DNA of 56,514 bases from Gemmatimonadales bacterium (GTDB lineage Bacteria > Gemmatimonadota > Gemmatimonadetes > Gemmatimonadales > GWC2-71-9), in assembly GCA_039794085.1 (NCBI GenBank), contig JBDIWC010000026.1, positions 1 to 56,514 of the forward strand, given 5' to 3'. The notes under the pieces are model-generated. The model ran no database searches. It worked only from the letters and a program-made list of their open reading frames with translations, and was not told where the DNA came from. Shown here one piece after another: positions 38,297 through 46,481 of this stretch; position 1 is the stretch's first letter; each line of letters begins with the position of its first letter. Position numbers and translations under genes: made by a program.

Positions 38297-39721
38297 TCAA
38301 CGCCGTCGGACGAAGCGCGCTTCCACATGGTTGACCACCGCCCAGATCGATTCCGGTGACAGGACCGTCCGGAATGACGGCATCAGGGGCGGTATCCCGG
38401 CGGCTACCCGAAGGTAGATCTGCACCGGATCGGCTCCGGCCTTGAGCTCCCCGGCGGCGAGGTTGGCGGGTGGGGTGGGAAGCGAGGCCGCGACCGGACC
38501 GTCACCCCGGCCGAGTTCCCCGTGACAGGACATGCAGTGAGTGCGGTAGGTGGCCTCACCCTCGCCCGCGGTGTCCGATTCGAAGGCCGGCCGGGGAGGA
38601 ACCTCCACGGCCGGGCCGACGGGCGGACGATTCTTCCACAGCGCGTCCAGGACGGCGACCAGCGACGTCACCTGGGCCTCGGTGAGTTGAGAGAACGCGG
38701 GCATCCCCGACAGGGGAAGGCCATGGCGGATGATCCGGCGGAGATCGTCATCCGATGCCATGCCGTTGATGGTGGAGATGAAGCGGTATTGGCCGGCGGT
38801 CAGGTCGCGCGGAGTGGCACGGAAGGTGGGCGAGGCGGCCCCCGCACCATCACCCCGGCCGGACACGCCGTGGCAGCGCGCGCATTGGGACACATAGAGC
38901 GCGGGCCCGGAGAGCCGTCCGTCCGGGAGCGTCTCCGCGCCGAGGGGACCGGAGGCACCGGCGACGGAGGCCCGCCCCAGCAGGGTGCCCGCCAGCGCCA
39001 GCACCAGCGCGGCACCTCCCAGCCCGTAAAGCAACCACGATTTGTCGCTGCGCAGGGCAAACTCCCATCGCCGCTGGAACCGGTAGCGCATGGTGCGTAC
39101 CGACTGGTACGGTCGCACGAAGTAGTTGATCGGGTAGGTCCACACATGGACCAGTTTGGTGAACGGGAAGTAGGCGAAGAAGGTGAGGGCCAGAAGCACG
39201 TGAAGCTGAGTGAGGAGGCTCGCCGCGCTCATCAGCTCGGGTTGCGGCGCCAGTTGCCAGAGGCTGGCAAACCAGGAGGAGGCATTGTAGGCGATCCCGA
39301 AGATCCGATGGACCAGCACCTGGTAGAGTGCCAGTCCCACGATCGGAATGAGGAATAGGTGCACCACGTAGTCGTCCACCTGGCTCATCGCCCGGACCTC
39401 GGGAATCGCGAGTCGGCGATAGAGAGCGATCCCGGAACCGACCAGGATCGCCCCTCCTCCGATCAGAGCCGACCAGAAGAAGAACTGGATGGCCACTTCC
39501 GAACCGAGCAACCCGCCAAACAGCCCGGCCAGGTGGCCGAGCAGCACGAGGACGATGCCCCAATGGAGCAGCAGCGAGGCCACTCCGAGCGTCCGGCGGT
39601 TGAACAAACCGCTGGCGCGGGTGCTCCAACTGTAGGGGCGGGTCACCATCCGCATCACCGGGACGACAAAGAACAGCGTCGCACAGATGTAGGGGTACAC
39701 ACCCCACAGGAAGCGGGTCAC
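38297..39721 (-). CDS. narI: Nitrate reductase gamma subunit fused to a two-heme cytochrome c
   Basis: Four heme-b His (LLHWG...GHL; LHV...PFTKLVH), an extra TM, then CARCH...MPAF and CMSCH...MPSF. Confidence 0.92.
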   Translation of the reverse strand: MTRFLWGVYPYICATLFFVVPVMRMVTRPYSWSTRASGLFNRRTLGVASLLLHWGIVLVLLGHLAGLFGGLLGSEVAIQFFFWSALIGGGAILVGSGIALYRRLAIPEVRAMSQVDDYVVHLFLIPIVGLALYQVLVHRIFGIAYNASSWFASLWQLAPQPELMSAASLLTQLHVLLALTFFAYFPFTKLVHVWTYPINYFVRPYQSVRTMRYRFQRRWEFALRSDKSWLLYGLGGAALVLALAGTLLGRASVAGASGPLGAETLPDGRLSGPALYVSQCARCHGVSGRGDGAGAASPTFRATPRDLTAGQYRFISTINGMASDDDLRRIIRHGLPLSGMPAFSQLTEAQVTSLVAVLDALWKNRPPVGPAVEVPPRPAFESDTAGEGEATYRTHCMSCHGELGRGDGPVAASLPTPPANLAAGELKAGADPVQIYLRVAAGIPPLMPSFRTVLSPESIWAVVNHVEARFVRRR

Positions 39722-40392
39722 GCGGGCACCTCCGGTCGGCGGGTTCGTTCCATCAGGGGGGCCTCGAGGACCGGCAGGCGCCGACCGGCCTCCGGGACCG
39801 GTTCCGGCGGCCGCCAGGCGGGAACATCGCCCAGGGACTGGATGTCCTCCGCGATGGTGCTCTCGAGGGCCTCGATCAGGAGCGCGTAGGGACTGGTGTA
39901 CTGATTCAATTTCTCCTTCAGGGGACCCAGTCCCGGGCGTACATACCGCTCGAGGAGCCTCCGCCGAATCCCGATCCGATCCTCCGCACGCCGCCGCACG
40001 CTGATCCCCAGAAACTCCACCAGCGCCGGCAGGTAGTCGGGCAGTTCCCGGCCCGAGAGTTCGAATCCGAAGTGACGGTAGATGGCCGAGAGTTCGAGCA
40101 TGTAGGTGTTCCGGCCCGAGGTGGCGATGCCGCGGCAGGTCGATGGTTCCTCGAAGAGATAGGCTCCGAGATAGAGGGGACAGGGGGGCGACAGCTCCAG
40201 CGTCTGGACGTACTCGTCCCGTGACGAGGCCACGGGATCCGCCACGAAGAGCCGCACCGGCTCCAGTTCCGGCACGATCTCGGCCTCGAGTCGTGCCAGG
40301 AGGGAACGGGTTTTCGCTTCCTCACGGTCGTCGGGATGGAGGAGCAGCTCGGCGATCAGCTCGTAGCTCGGTGCCAGCCATCGGGTGTGCAT
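39718..40392 (-). CDS. narJ: Molybdenum cofactor assembly chaperone (NarJ)
   Basis: EYVQTLE..PPCPLYL; ELPDYLP..VEF; SPYALL; lies between narH and narI. Confidence 0.9.
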   Translation of the reverse strand: MHTRWLAPSYELIAELLLHPDDREEAKTRSLLARLEAEIVPELEPVRLFVADPVASSRDEYVQTLELSPPCPLYLGAYLFEEPSTCRGIATSGRNTYMLELSAIYRHFGFELSGRELPDYLPALVEFLGISVRRRAEDRIGIRRRLLERYVRPGLGPLKEKLNQYTSPYALLIEALESTIAEDIQSLGDVPAWRPPEPVPEAGRRLPVLEAPLMERTRRPEVPA

Positions 40393-40395
40393 GAT

Positions 40396-41937
40396 TCAGC
40401 TCCCCACCTCGGGTCGGCCGCCATGGAAGGACGTCCGTCGCCCCGGGGACGCCGTGGGCGTCATCTCGCGGAAGCCCGCAAATCCTCTCTCCAGATACGG
40501 GGCGTTGTCGGTCCGTTCGCGCCGCGTCGTGGGGATGACGAACCGCTCGTGGTAGTGGGCCAGGGCCAGCAGACGGTGCATCGCGCGGGCGTCCTCGACC
40601 GTGAGCCCCACGGCCGTCAGCACCTCGGTGTCCGGCGTCCGCTCGACACGCTCCGAGCGCCGGAAGGCGCGCACGGCCAGCTGCCGGAGCAGAGCGACCC
40701 GCACCGGATCCTCGTTCCCCGCGCTGAACAACCCCGCGAGGAATCGGAGCGGAAGGCGGAACTGATCCAGGTCGGGGAGCACACCCGAGCCGTTCTCCAT
40801 GTTGAGAAGCCCCGTACCGGCCACTGTCCGGACCGGGCTTTCCGGTGGGATGTAGAACAGGCAGGGTAGGGTACGAAACTCGGGATGGAGGGGTAGCGCG
40901 ATCTTCCACTCGTTCACCATGCGGTACACGGGCGAGCGGCGGCAGGCATCCAGCCACGCCTCGCTGATACCCGCCTCCCGGGCGGCGGCCTGTACCACCG
41001 GGTCATGAGGATCGAGAATGATGTCCCGCTGTGCGTCGACCAGATCCTTCTCGTCGGCGTTGGCCGCCTCCGCGACCCGGTCCATGTCATACAGGAGAGG
41101 GCCGAGATACCGGATCCGGCCCGGGCAGGCCTGGAAACATGCCGGAGGCTGTCCGGTTTCCAGCCTGGGATAGCAGAGCAGGCACTTCTCCATCTTGCCC
41201 GTGCGCCAGTTGTAATAGGGCTTCTTGTAGGGACAGGCGGAGATGCAGTAGCGCCAGGCCCGGCAGCGGTTCTGGTCGATCAGGACCACCCCGTCCTCGT
41301 CGCGCTTGTAGGCGGCTCCGCTCGGGCAGGCCGCGACGCACCCCGGGTTGAGGCAGTGATTGCAGATCCGCGGCAGGTACATGATGAAGGCGTCGCGGAA
41401 CCGGAGAAACGCGCGTCGCTCGTCGTCGGACATCCCGGCGAAGTTGACATCCTGTCCACCGAACCCGTCGTCCGTGGCACCGGCGCCGTTGTCCTCCCAG
41501 TTGGCGGCGTACTCGATCGGGATGTCCTCTTCCCCCGTGATCTGGGACGTGGGCCGCGCTACCGGCTGCGAGTACCGGGTGGCCTTGTCCGAATGGAGAT
41601 CCTCGTAAGTGAAGGTGAACGGCCCCTTGCCGTAGTACTCCTCCATCTGGGGCACGACCGGGTTGTAGAACAGGTTCATCATGGTCCAGAACCGTGACCC
41701 GATGCGAAGGCGCGGCGTGTCCTGTCCGGGACGGTGCTCCCAACCTCCCCGGTACTTCTTCTGGTCCTCCCACTGCTTCGGATAGCCGATCCCCGGCTTG
41801 GTCTCGACGTTGTTCCAGAACATGTATTCCGCGCCCTCGCGGTTGGTCCACACGTTCTTGCATGCCAATGTGCAGGTGTTGCACCCCAGACACTTGTCCA
41901 GGTTGAACACCATGGCCATCTGCTGCTTCACCCGCAT
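40396..41937 (-). CDS. narH: Nitrate reductase / nitrite oxidoreductase beta subunit
   Basis: CLGCNTCTLAC, CNHCLNPGCVAAC, CRAWRYCISAC and CLLC...CFQAC Fe-S motifs; ALPLHPEFRTLP. Confidence 0.96.
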   Translation of the reverse strand: MRVKQQMAMVFNLDKCLGCNTCTLACKNVWTNREGAEYMFWNNVETKPGIGYPKQWEDQKKYRGGWEHRPGQDTPRLRIGSRFWTMMNLFYNPVVPQMEEYYGKGPFTFTYEDLHSDKATRYSQPVARPTSQITGEEDIPIEYAANWEDNGAGATDDGFGGQDVNFAGMSDDERRAFLRFRDAFIMYLPRICNHCLNPGCVAACPSGAAYKRDEDGVVLIDQNRCRAWRYCISACPYKKPYYNWRTGKMEKCLLCYPRLETGQPPACFQACPGRIRYLGPLLYDMDRVAEAANADEKDLVDAQRDIILDPHDPVVQAAAREAGISEAWLDACRRSPVYRMVNEWKIALPLHPEFRTLPCLFYIPPESPVRTVAGTGLLNMENGSGVLPDLDQFRLPLRFLAGLFSAGNEDPVRVALLRQLAVRAFRRSERVERTPDTEVLTAVGLTVEDARAMHRLLALAHYHERFVIPTTRRERTDNAPYLERGFAGFREMTPTASPGRRTSFHGGRPEVGS

Positions 41938-41956
41938 CGGAGTTCCTCCCGGGTTG

Positions 41957-44900
41957 TCACCGCAGGTTATAGCGGGCGATCAGCTCCCGCTCCTGGTAGA
42001 TCACCTTTTTCGCGCCCGACTCCAGCGGCATCTTCCGGATCAGCACCGCACAGTCGCGCTCCGACGGACTGGGCCCCCAGTAGTTCAGGAAGTAGGTCCA
42101 GTTGGCATATCCGCCGATCATGGTGGACGGGTTCATCATGATCCGGGTCGGCGCATTGTTGTTTCCCCCTCGGAGGTCGCTGACCCCCCGGGTGCGCGCC
42201 AGGGGCGAGAAGGGCACGTTGATGTGCCGCTCCGAGGAGTGGTACATGATCGCCGAATCCCGGGGTATCGTGCCGCTCAGCACCGCGCGCACCACGGAGA
42301 TCCCGTTCTCGTTGTAGATCTCCACCCAGTCGTTGTCCTTGACGTCGATCTCGCGGGCATCCTCCTCGTTCAGCCACACGACCTGTCCCCCGCGGAACAT
42401 GTTCAGCATGTGCCACGTGTCCCAGAACATGCTGTGGATCGACCACTTGCCGTGCGGGGTCAGGAAGCGGAAGACCTTCGAGGCCGACTCGGCCGTTCCC
42501 GGCTGACAGTCGCCGATCTGCACCATGTCCACCGGAGGCTTGTAGACCGGCAGTGCCTCGCCGAGTTCCCGGTAGGCCCGGTGGTCGAAGTAGATCTCCT
42601 GCCGGCCGCTCAGGGTGTGGAACGGTTTCAGCGTCTCGATGTTGAGGGTCCAGGGACAGTAGGTCCGCCCCGGACTTTCGATCGCCGACCAGTGGGGCGA
42701 GGTGAGACTCCGTCGCGGCTGGGACTCGAGATCGGGGAAGTGATGGTGGATCTCCCGATCACCCTCGACGAGGTGCGCCAGCGGAACCCCACAGCGCCGC
42801 TCCAGATTCTGGAAAATCATGTGCGACACCTCGCCGTCGCTCTCGGGCGAGATGCGCAGGATCACCTCCGCCACCTGCCTCGGATCCTCCAGGGAGGGTC
42901 GGCCATTCTTCTCGCCGACCAGATGGCTCGCCTTGAGGTCGGCATACACCTGGGTCAGGTCACCCGTGATCCCCTTGGCTCCGAAACCATCCGGCCGACA
43001 GACCTTGGGACCGAACGTCGTGTACTTGTCCAGGATGCTGCCATAGTCCCGCCGGACCACGTGGATCGCGGGGAAGGTTTTCCCCGGCACCGGTTCGACG
43101 TCTCCCGACTTCCAGTCCTTCAACTCTCCCATCGGCTGGGCGAGCTCGTCCGGGCTGTCGGTGATCAGGGGAGTGAGGACCAGGTCCTCCACCTCCGTGG
43201 GGAGGTATTCCGCGGCCAGTTCGCTCACCTTCGCGGCCACGGCCTTGAAGGCCTCCCAGTCGTGGCGGGTTTCCCACGGGGGGTCGTGGGCCGGCGTGAA
43301 GGGGTGGAAGAACGAGTGCAGGTCGGTGCAGGTGAGATCGTACTTCTCGTACCAGTGCGCCGTGGGGAGCACGATGTCGGAGTAGTTGGCCGACGAGTCC
43401 ATCCGCAGGTTGACGTTCACCACGAGGTCGAGCTTGCCGAGCGGCGCCTTCTCATGCCATTCCACGTCCTCGACAAGGCCCTTGGCGCGGTCCTCACCCA
43501 GCACGTTGTTATGGGTGCCGAGGAGATGCTTGAGGGCGTACTCGTGGCCCCGCATGCTGGTTCCTATCAGATTTCCCCGATAGATCCAGAGCACCTTCGG
43601 GTGATTGTCGGCCGCGTCCACGTCCTCCAGGGCAAACTTGAGCGTCCCCGCCTTGAACCCCGCCACCACATGGTCCCGGATCGCCGCGTCGTCCGTGGCC
43701 CCCGCGGCCCGCGCCTCGCGCACCACGGCCAGCGGGTTCTTCTTGTCGAACTGCGGATAGAACGGCAGCCACCCCAAGCGGACCGCCATCATGTTCTGGT
43801 CGGCCACGTGCCGGCCCTTCGCCGGAAACTGCGTGGCCCAGGGCGCCCAGAGCGGATCGAGCACCATCCCATCGTAGCGCCACTGGTCGGTATGGAAATA
43901 GAAGTACGACGTGCTGTTCTGGTGCCGGGGGGGACCACCCCAGTCCGCCGCATTGCCCAGGGTTCCGATGGCGGCGTAGGGGCGGATCTTCTCGGTCCCC
44001 ACGTAGTGGGCGAATCCACCACCGTTCTTCCCCATGCAGCCCGTGAGGATCCCCATCACCGCCTGGGCCCGGTAGGTGAGCGAGCCGCCGTGGTACCAGT
44101 GGAGCACGCCGGATCCGGTGATGAAGAGGCTCTTCCCCTCGGTTTTCTCCGCATTGTCCGCCCATTCCCGGGCCACTCGAGTCACCAGGGCCCGATCCAC
44201 CCCGGTCTCCTGTTCCTGCCATGCCGGAGTGTAGGGAAGGTCGGGATCATCGTACCCCACCGGGTAGTCGCCCGGGAGCCCGCGCGACACGCCCATCTGC
44301 GCGAGCAGCAGGTCGAAGGCCGTGGTCACAAGAACCTCACCGTTCCGGGTCCCCACCCGGCGCGCCGGGACGGTCCGGATGACCGCCCGGGCCGCTTGCC
44401 CCTTGCCCTCGGTCTTCCCCAGGGAGGTGTCGAAGGTGTCGGTGAAGTCGGCGAACTGCACCCGAACCTCCTCCGACGTCCCATCGTCGGCATCGAGCAT
44501 ACTCAACAACGGATCGAACGCCGCGCCCGACGGGGCATCCTCGGACTTCAGGTTCCAGCGACCGGTTTTCTGCGTCTCCCACCGGAACCCGACCGACCCA
44601 CCGGGAAGCCGCACCTCGCCGCTCCAGCGGTCCATCATGAGCAGCTTCCACTCCGCAAGCTCCTCGCCCTCGTACCCTTCCACGTCGCTGGCGCGGAGGA
44701 ACCGTCCCTTCAGGTGAGTGCCGCCCTCGTGCGGGTCCAGGATCACCAGGAACGGCAGGTTGGTGTACTTCTTGATGTAATCGCGGAAGTAGGGAACCTG
44801 CCGGTCGACGTAGTACTCCGTGAGGATCACATGGATGCACGCGAGCAGGAACGCGGCGTCGGTTCCCGGCCGCACCGGCACCCACAGATCCGCGAACTTG

Positions 44901-45736
44901 GTGACGTCGGAGTAGTTCGGCGCCAGGTTGACGATCTTGCCGCCATTGTACTTGTGTTCCGAGGCGAAATGCGCATCGGGTGTGCGGGTCATCGGCAGGT
45001 TCGATCCGATGACCATCCAGTACGTGCTCTGGTACCAGTCCGCCGACTCGTGGACATCGGTCTGATCGCCCCACATCATCGGCATGACGTGCGGAAGATC
45101 GTGGTACCATTCGTAGAAGCTGAGCATGGTGCCGCCCAGCAGGTTGCAGAAACGATGGCCGGACAGAAAGCTCACCATGCTCATGGCCGGGATGGGCGAG
45201 AAGGACGCCAGGTGATCCGCCCCGTAGCGGCGGATCGTGTGGATGATCGCGGCGGCCCACATCTCGGTGGCCTGATCCCAGGTCGCCCGGGTCCAGCCCG
45301 CCTTGCCGCGCGCCGCCTGATAGGTCCGTTTCCGCTCGGGATCCTCCACGATCGCAGCCCATGCTTCGACCGGCCCCTTGCCCGCGGCGCGTTCGCTCTG
45401 GTAGAAGTCGAACAGCACGCCACGCACGTAGGGATACTTCGGACGGACGGGACTGTAGGGATACCAGGACGAGGAGATTCCCCGCTGGCACCCCCGAGGT
45501 TCGTAGTTCGGCGTCTCCGAATCGATCTGCGGCCAGTCGGTCTTCTGCAGCTCCCAGCAGATCAATCCATCCTTGACGAACACCTCCCACGAGCACGATC
45601 CCGAGCAGTTGACGCTGTGGCTGGTGCGTACCGACCGGTCATAGGACCACCGCTCGCGGTAGAAATCCTCCCAGTCCCGCGGCTCATCGGCCACCCGGAA
45701 CCAGCGAGAGCCACGACCTCCATTCTCAACACTCAT
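41957..45736 (-). CDS. narG: Nitrate reductase / nitrite oxidoreductase alpha subunit (type II DMSO reductase family, no Tat signal), 1259 aa
   Basis: WEDFYRERW; HSVNCSGSC...PRGCQRG FS0 motif; SFYEWYHDLP; TPHGKWSIHS; RBS GGAG before ATG 45736. Confidence 0.95.
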   Translation of the reverse strand: MSVENGGRGSRWFRVADEPRDWEDFYRERWSYDRSVRTSHSVNCSGSCSWEVFVKDGLICWELQKTDWPQIDSETPNYEPRGCQRGISSSWYPYSPVRPKYPYVRGVLFDFYQSERAAGKGPVEAWAAIVEDPERKRTYQAARGKAGWTRATWDQATEMWAAAIIHTIRRYGADHLASFSPIPAMSMVSFLSGHRFCNLLGGTMLSFYEWYHDLPHVMPMMWGDQTDVHESADWYQSTYWMVIGSNLPMTRTPDAHFASEHKYNGGKIVNLAPNYSDVTKFADLWVPVRPGTDAAFLLACIHVILTEYYVDRQVPYFRDYIKKYTNLPFLVILDPHEGGTHLKGRFLRASDVEGYEGEELAEWKLLMMDRWSGEVRLPGGSVGFRWETQKTGRWNLKSEDAPSGAAFDPLLSMLDADDGTSEEVRVQFADFTDTFDTSLGKTEGKGQAARAVIRTVPARRVGTRNGEVLVTTAFDLLLAQMGVSRGLPGDYPVGYDDPDLPYTPAWQEQETGVDRALVTRVAREWADNAEKTEGKSLFITGSGVLHWYHGGSLTYRAQAVMGILTGCMGKNGGGFAHYVGTEKIRPYAAIGTLGNAADWGGPPRHQNSTSYFYFHTDQWRYDGMVLDPLWAPWATQFPAKGRHVADQNMMAVRLGWLPFYPQFDKKNPLAVVREARAAGATDDAAIRDHVVAGFKAGTLKFALEDVDAADNHPKVLWIYRGNLIGTSMRGHEYALKHLLGTHNNVLGEDRAKGLVEDVEWHEKAPLGKLDLVVNVNLRMDSSANYSDIVLPTAHWYEKYDLTCTDLHSFFHPFTPAHDPPWETRHDWEAFKAVAAKVSELAAEYLPTEVEDLVLTPLITDSPDELAQPMGELKDWKSGDVEPVPGKTFPAIHVVRRDYGSILDKYTTFGPKVCRPDGFGAKGITGDLTQVYADLKASHLVGEKNGRPSLEDPRQVAEVILRISPESDGEVSHMIFQNLERRCGVPLAHLVEGDREIHHHFPDLESQPRRSLTSPHWSAIESPGRTYCPWTLNIETLKPFHTLSGRQEIYFDHRAYRELGEALPVYKPPVDMVQIGDCQPGTAESASKVFRFLTPHGKWSIHSMFWDTWHMLNMFRGGQVVWLNEEDAREIDVKDNDWVEIYNENGISVVRAVLSGTIPRDSAIMYHSSERHINVPFSPLARTRGVSDLRGGNNNAPTRIMMNPSTMIGGYANWTYFLNYWGPSPSERDCAVLIRKMPLESGAKKVIYQERELIARYNLR

Positions 45737-46322
45737 GGGAAGGCTCCATGGTGGCGGGTCCCGGTTCGTCACCCAGCTTCCCCGCGATCCGGAACGCCTC
45801 GACAAAGGGACGGAAATCGCGGGCCGTGCCGTAGATCGCCACGACTCCTGAGCGCCTCCGGTCGTAGACCAGGTTGACCACGACGTTGCGGCCCACCGGA
45901 TGCCGGCGTTCGGGGCCCTCGGCCGGATCCCCCTCCATCGCCTGGATCGAGGCATACACCAGGTTGCCGGGATGCACCTGAAACCAGACCTCGAACTCCC
46001 AGTCGCCGATCCGCACGCTGGCCTCACCGCTCTCGAGCGAGGGATCCCCGGGGTCTATCTCCCATTGGAAGACCGGGGGCCAGCCCAGGTACCGATCACC
46101 GGAATCATCCGACATCGGCGACGGGAGGGGCTCGGGCCCCGCCTCACCGTACCCGGCCTCCGGGGCCACGCCCATCCGGTGGAGAGCCACACCCATCGCG
46201 TCGAGGTCGGGCACCTTGTTCTCCTCCAGCAACTCGGCCTGGAGGGGGGTCATCAGGCGCCCAGGGCGATCGGGGGGATCCCCGAGCCGCGGAAGTCGTT
46301 CCTGGTCGATATTCGGCATCAT
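45726..46322 (-). CDS. Hypothetical acidic protein, first gene of the nar operon
   Basis: RBS GGAGA; 198 aa; 3' end overlaps the narG start; no family recognised. Confidence 0.7.
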   Translation of the reverse strand: MMPNIDQERLPRLGDPPDRPGRLMTPLQAELLEENKVPDLDAMGVALHRMGVAPEAGYGEAGPEPLPSPMSDDSGDRYLGWPPVFQWEIDPGDPSLESGEASVRIGDWEFEVWFQVHPGNLVYASIQAMEGDPAEGPERRHPVGRNVVVNLVYDRRRSGVVAIYGTARDFRPFVEAFRIAGKLGDEPGPATMEPSHEC

Positions 46323-46422
46323 CCGTTCTCCCGGTGGCACTGGTGTCGAGGGCCCCGGAACCTGACCGGCGTGCACCCCGAATCTCGCGTCTCCCCTCCA
46401 GGAGAGACGTTACACCGGGGGT

Positions 46423-46441
46423 CTTACAGGCGACTTACAGG
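46423..46441 (-). promoter_or_regulatory. Direct repeat CCTGTAAG-N3-CCTGTAAG (putative SARP/OmpR-type operator)
   Basis: CTTACAGG at 46423 and 46434 (11-bp period), with TGTAAC just downstream on the minus strand; ~100 bp upstream of the operon. Confidence 0.65.
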
Positions 46442-46481
46442 AAGATTGCGGGAGGGAGAGGAGAGGGCATTCGGGGTGCGG

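Noticed and set aside
41798..45877. 1359-aa + strand ORF
   Set aside because: Antisense shadow of narG/narH; no motifs; typical of high-GC coding DNA
45737..46027. 97-aa N-terminal extension of narG given by the ORF track, containing RR
   Set aside because: It overlaps the upstream gene, lacks a Tat consensus with a hydrophobic core, and an RBS supports ATG 45736
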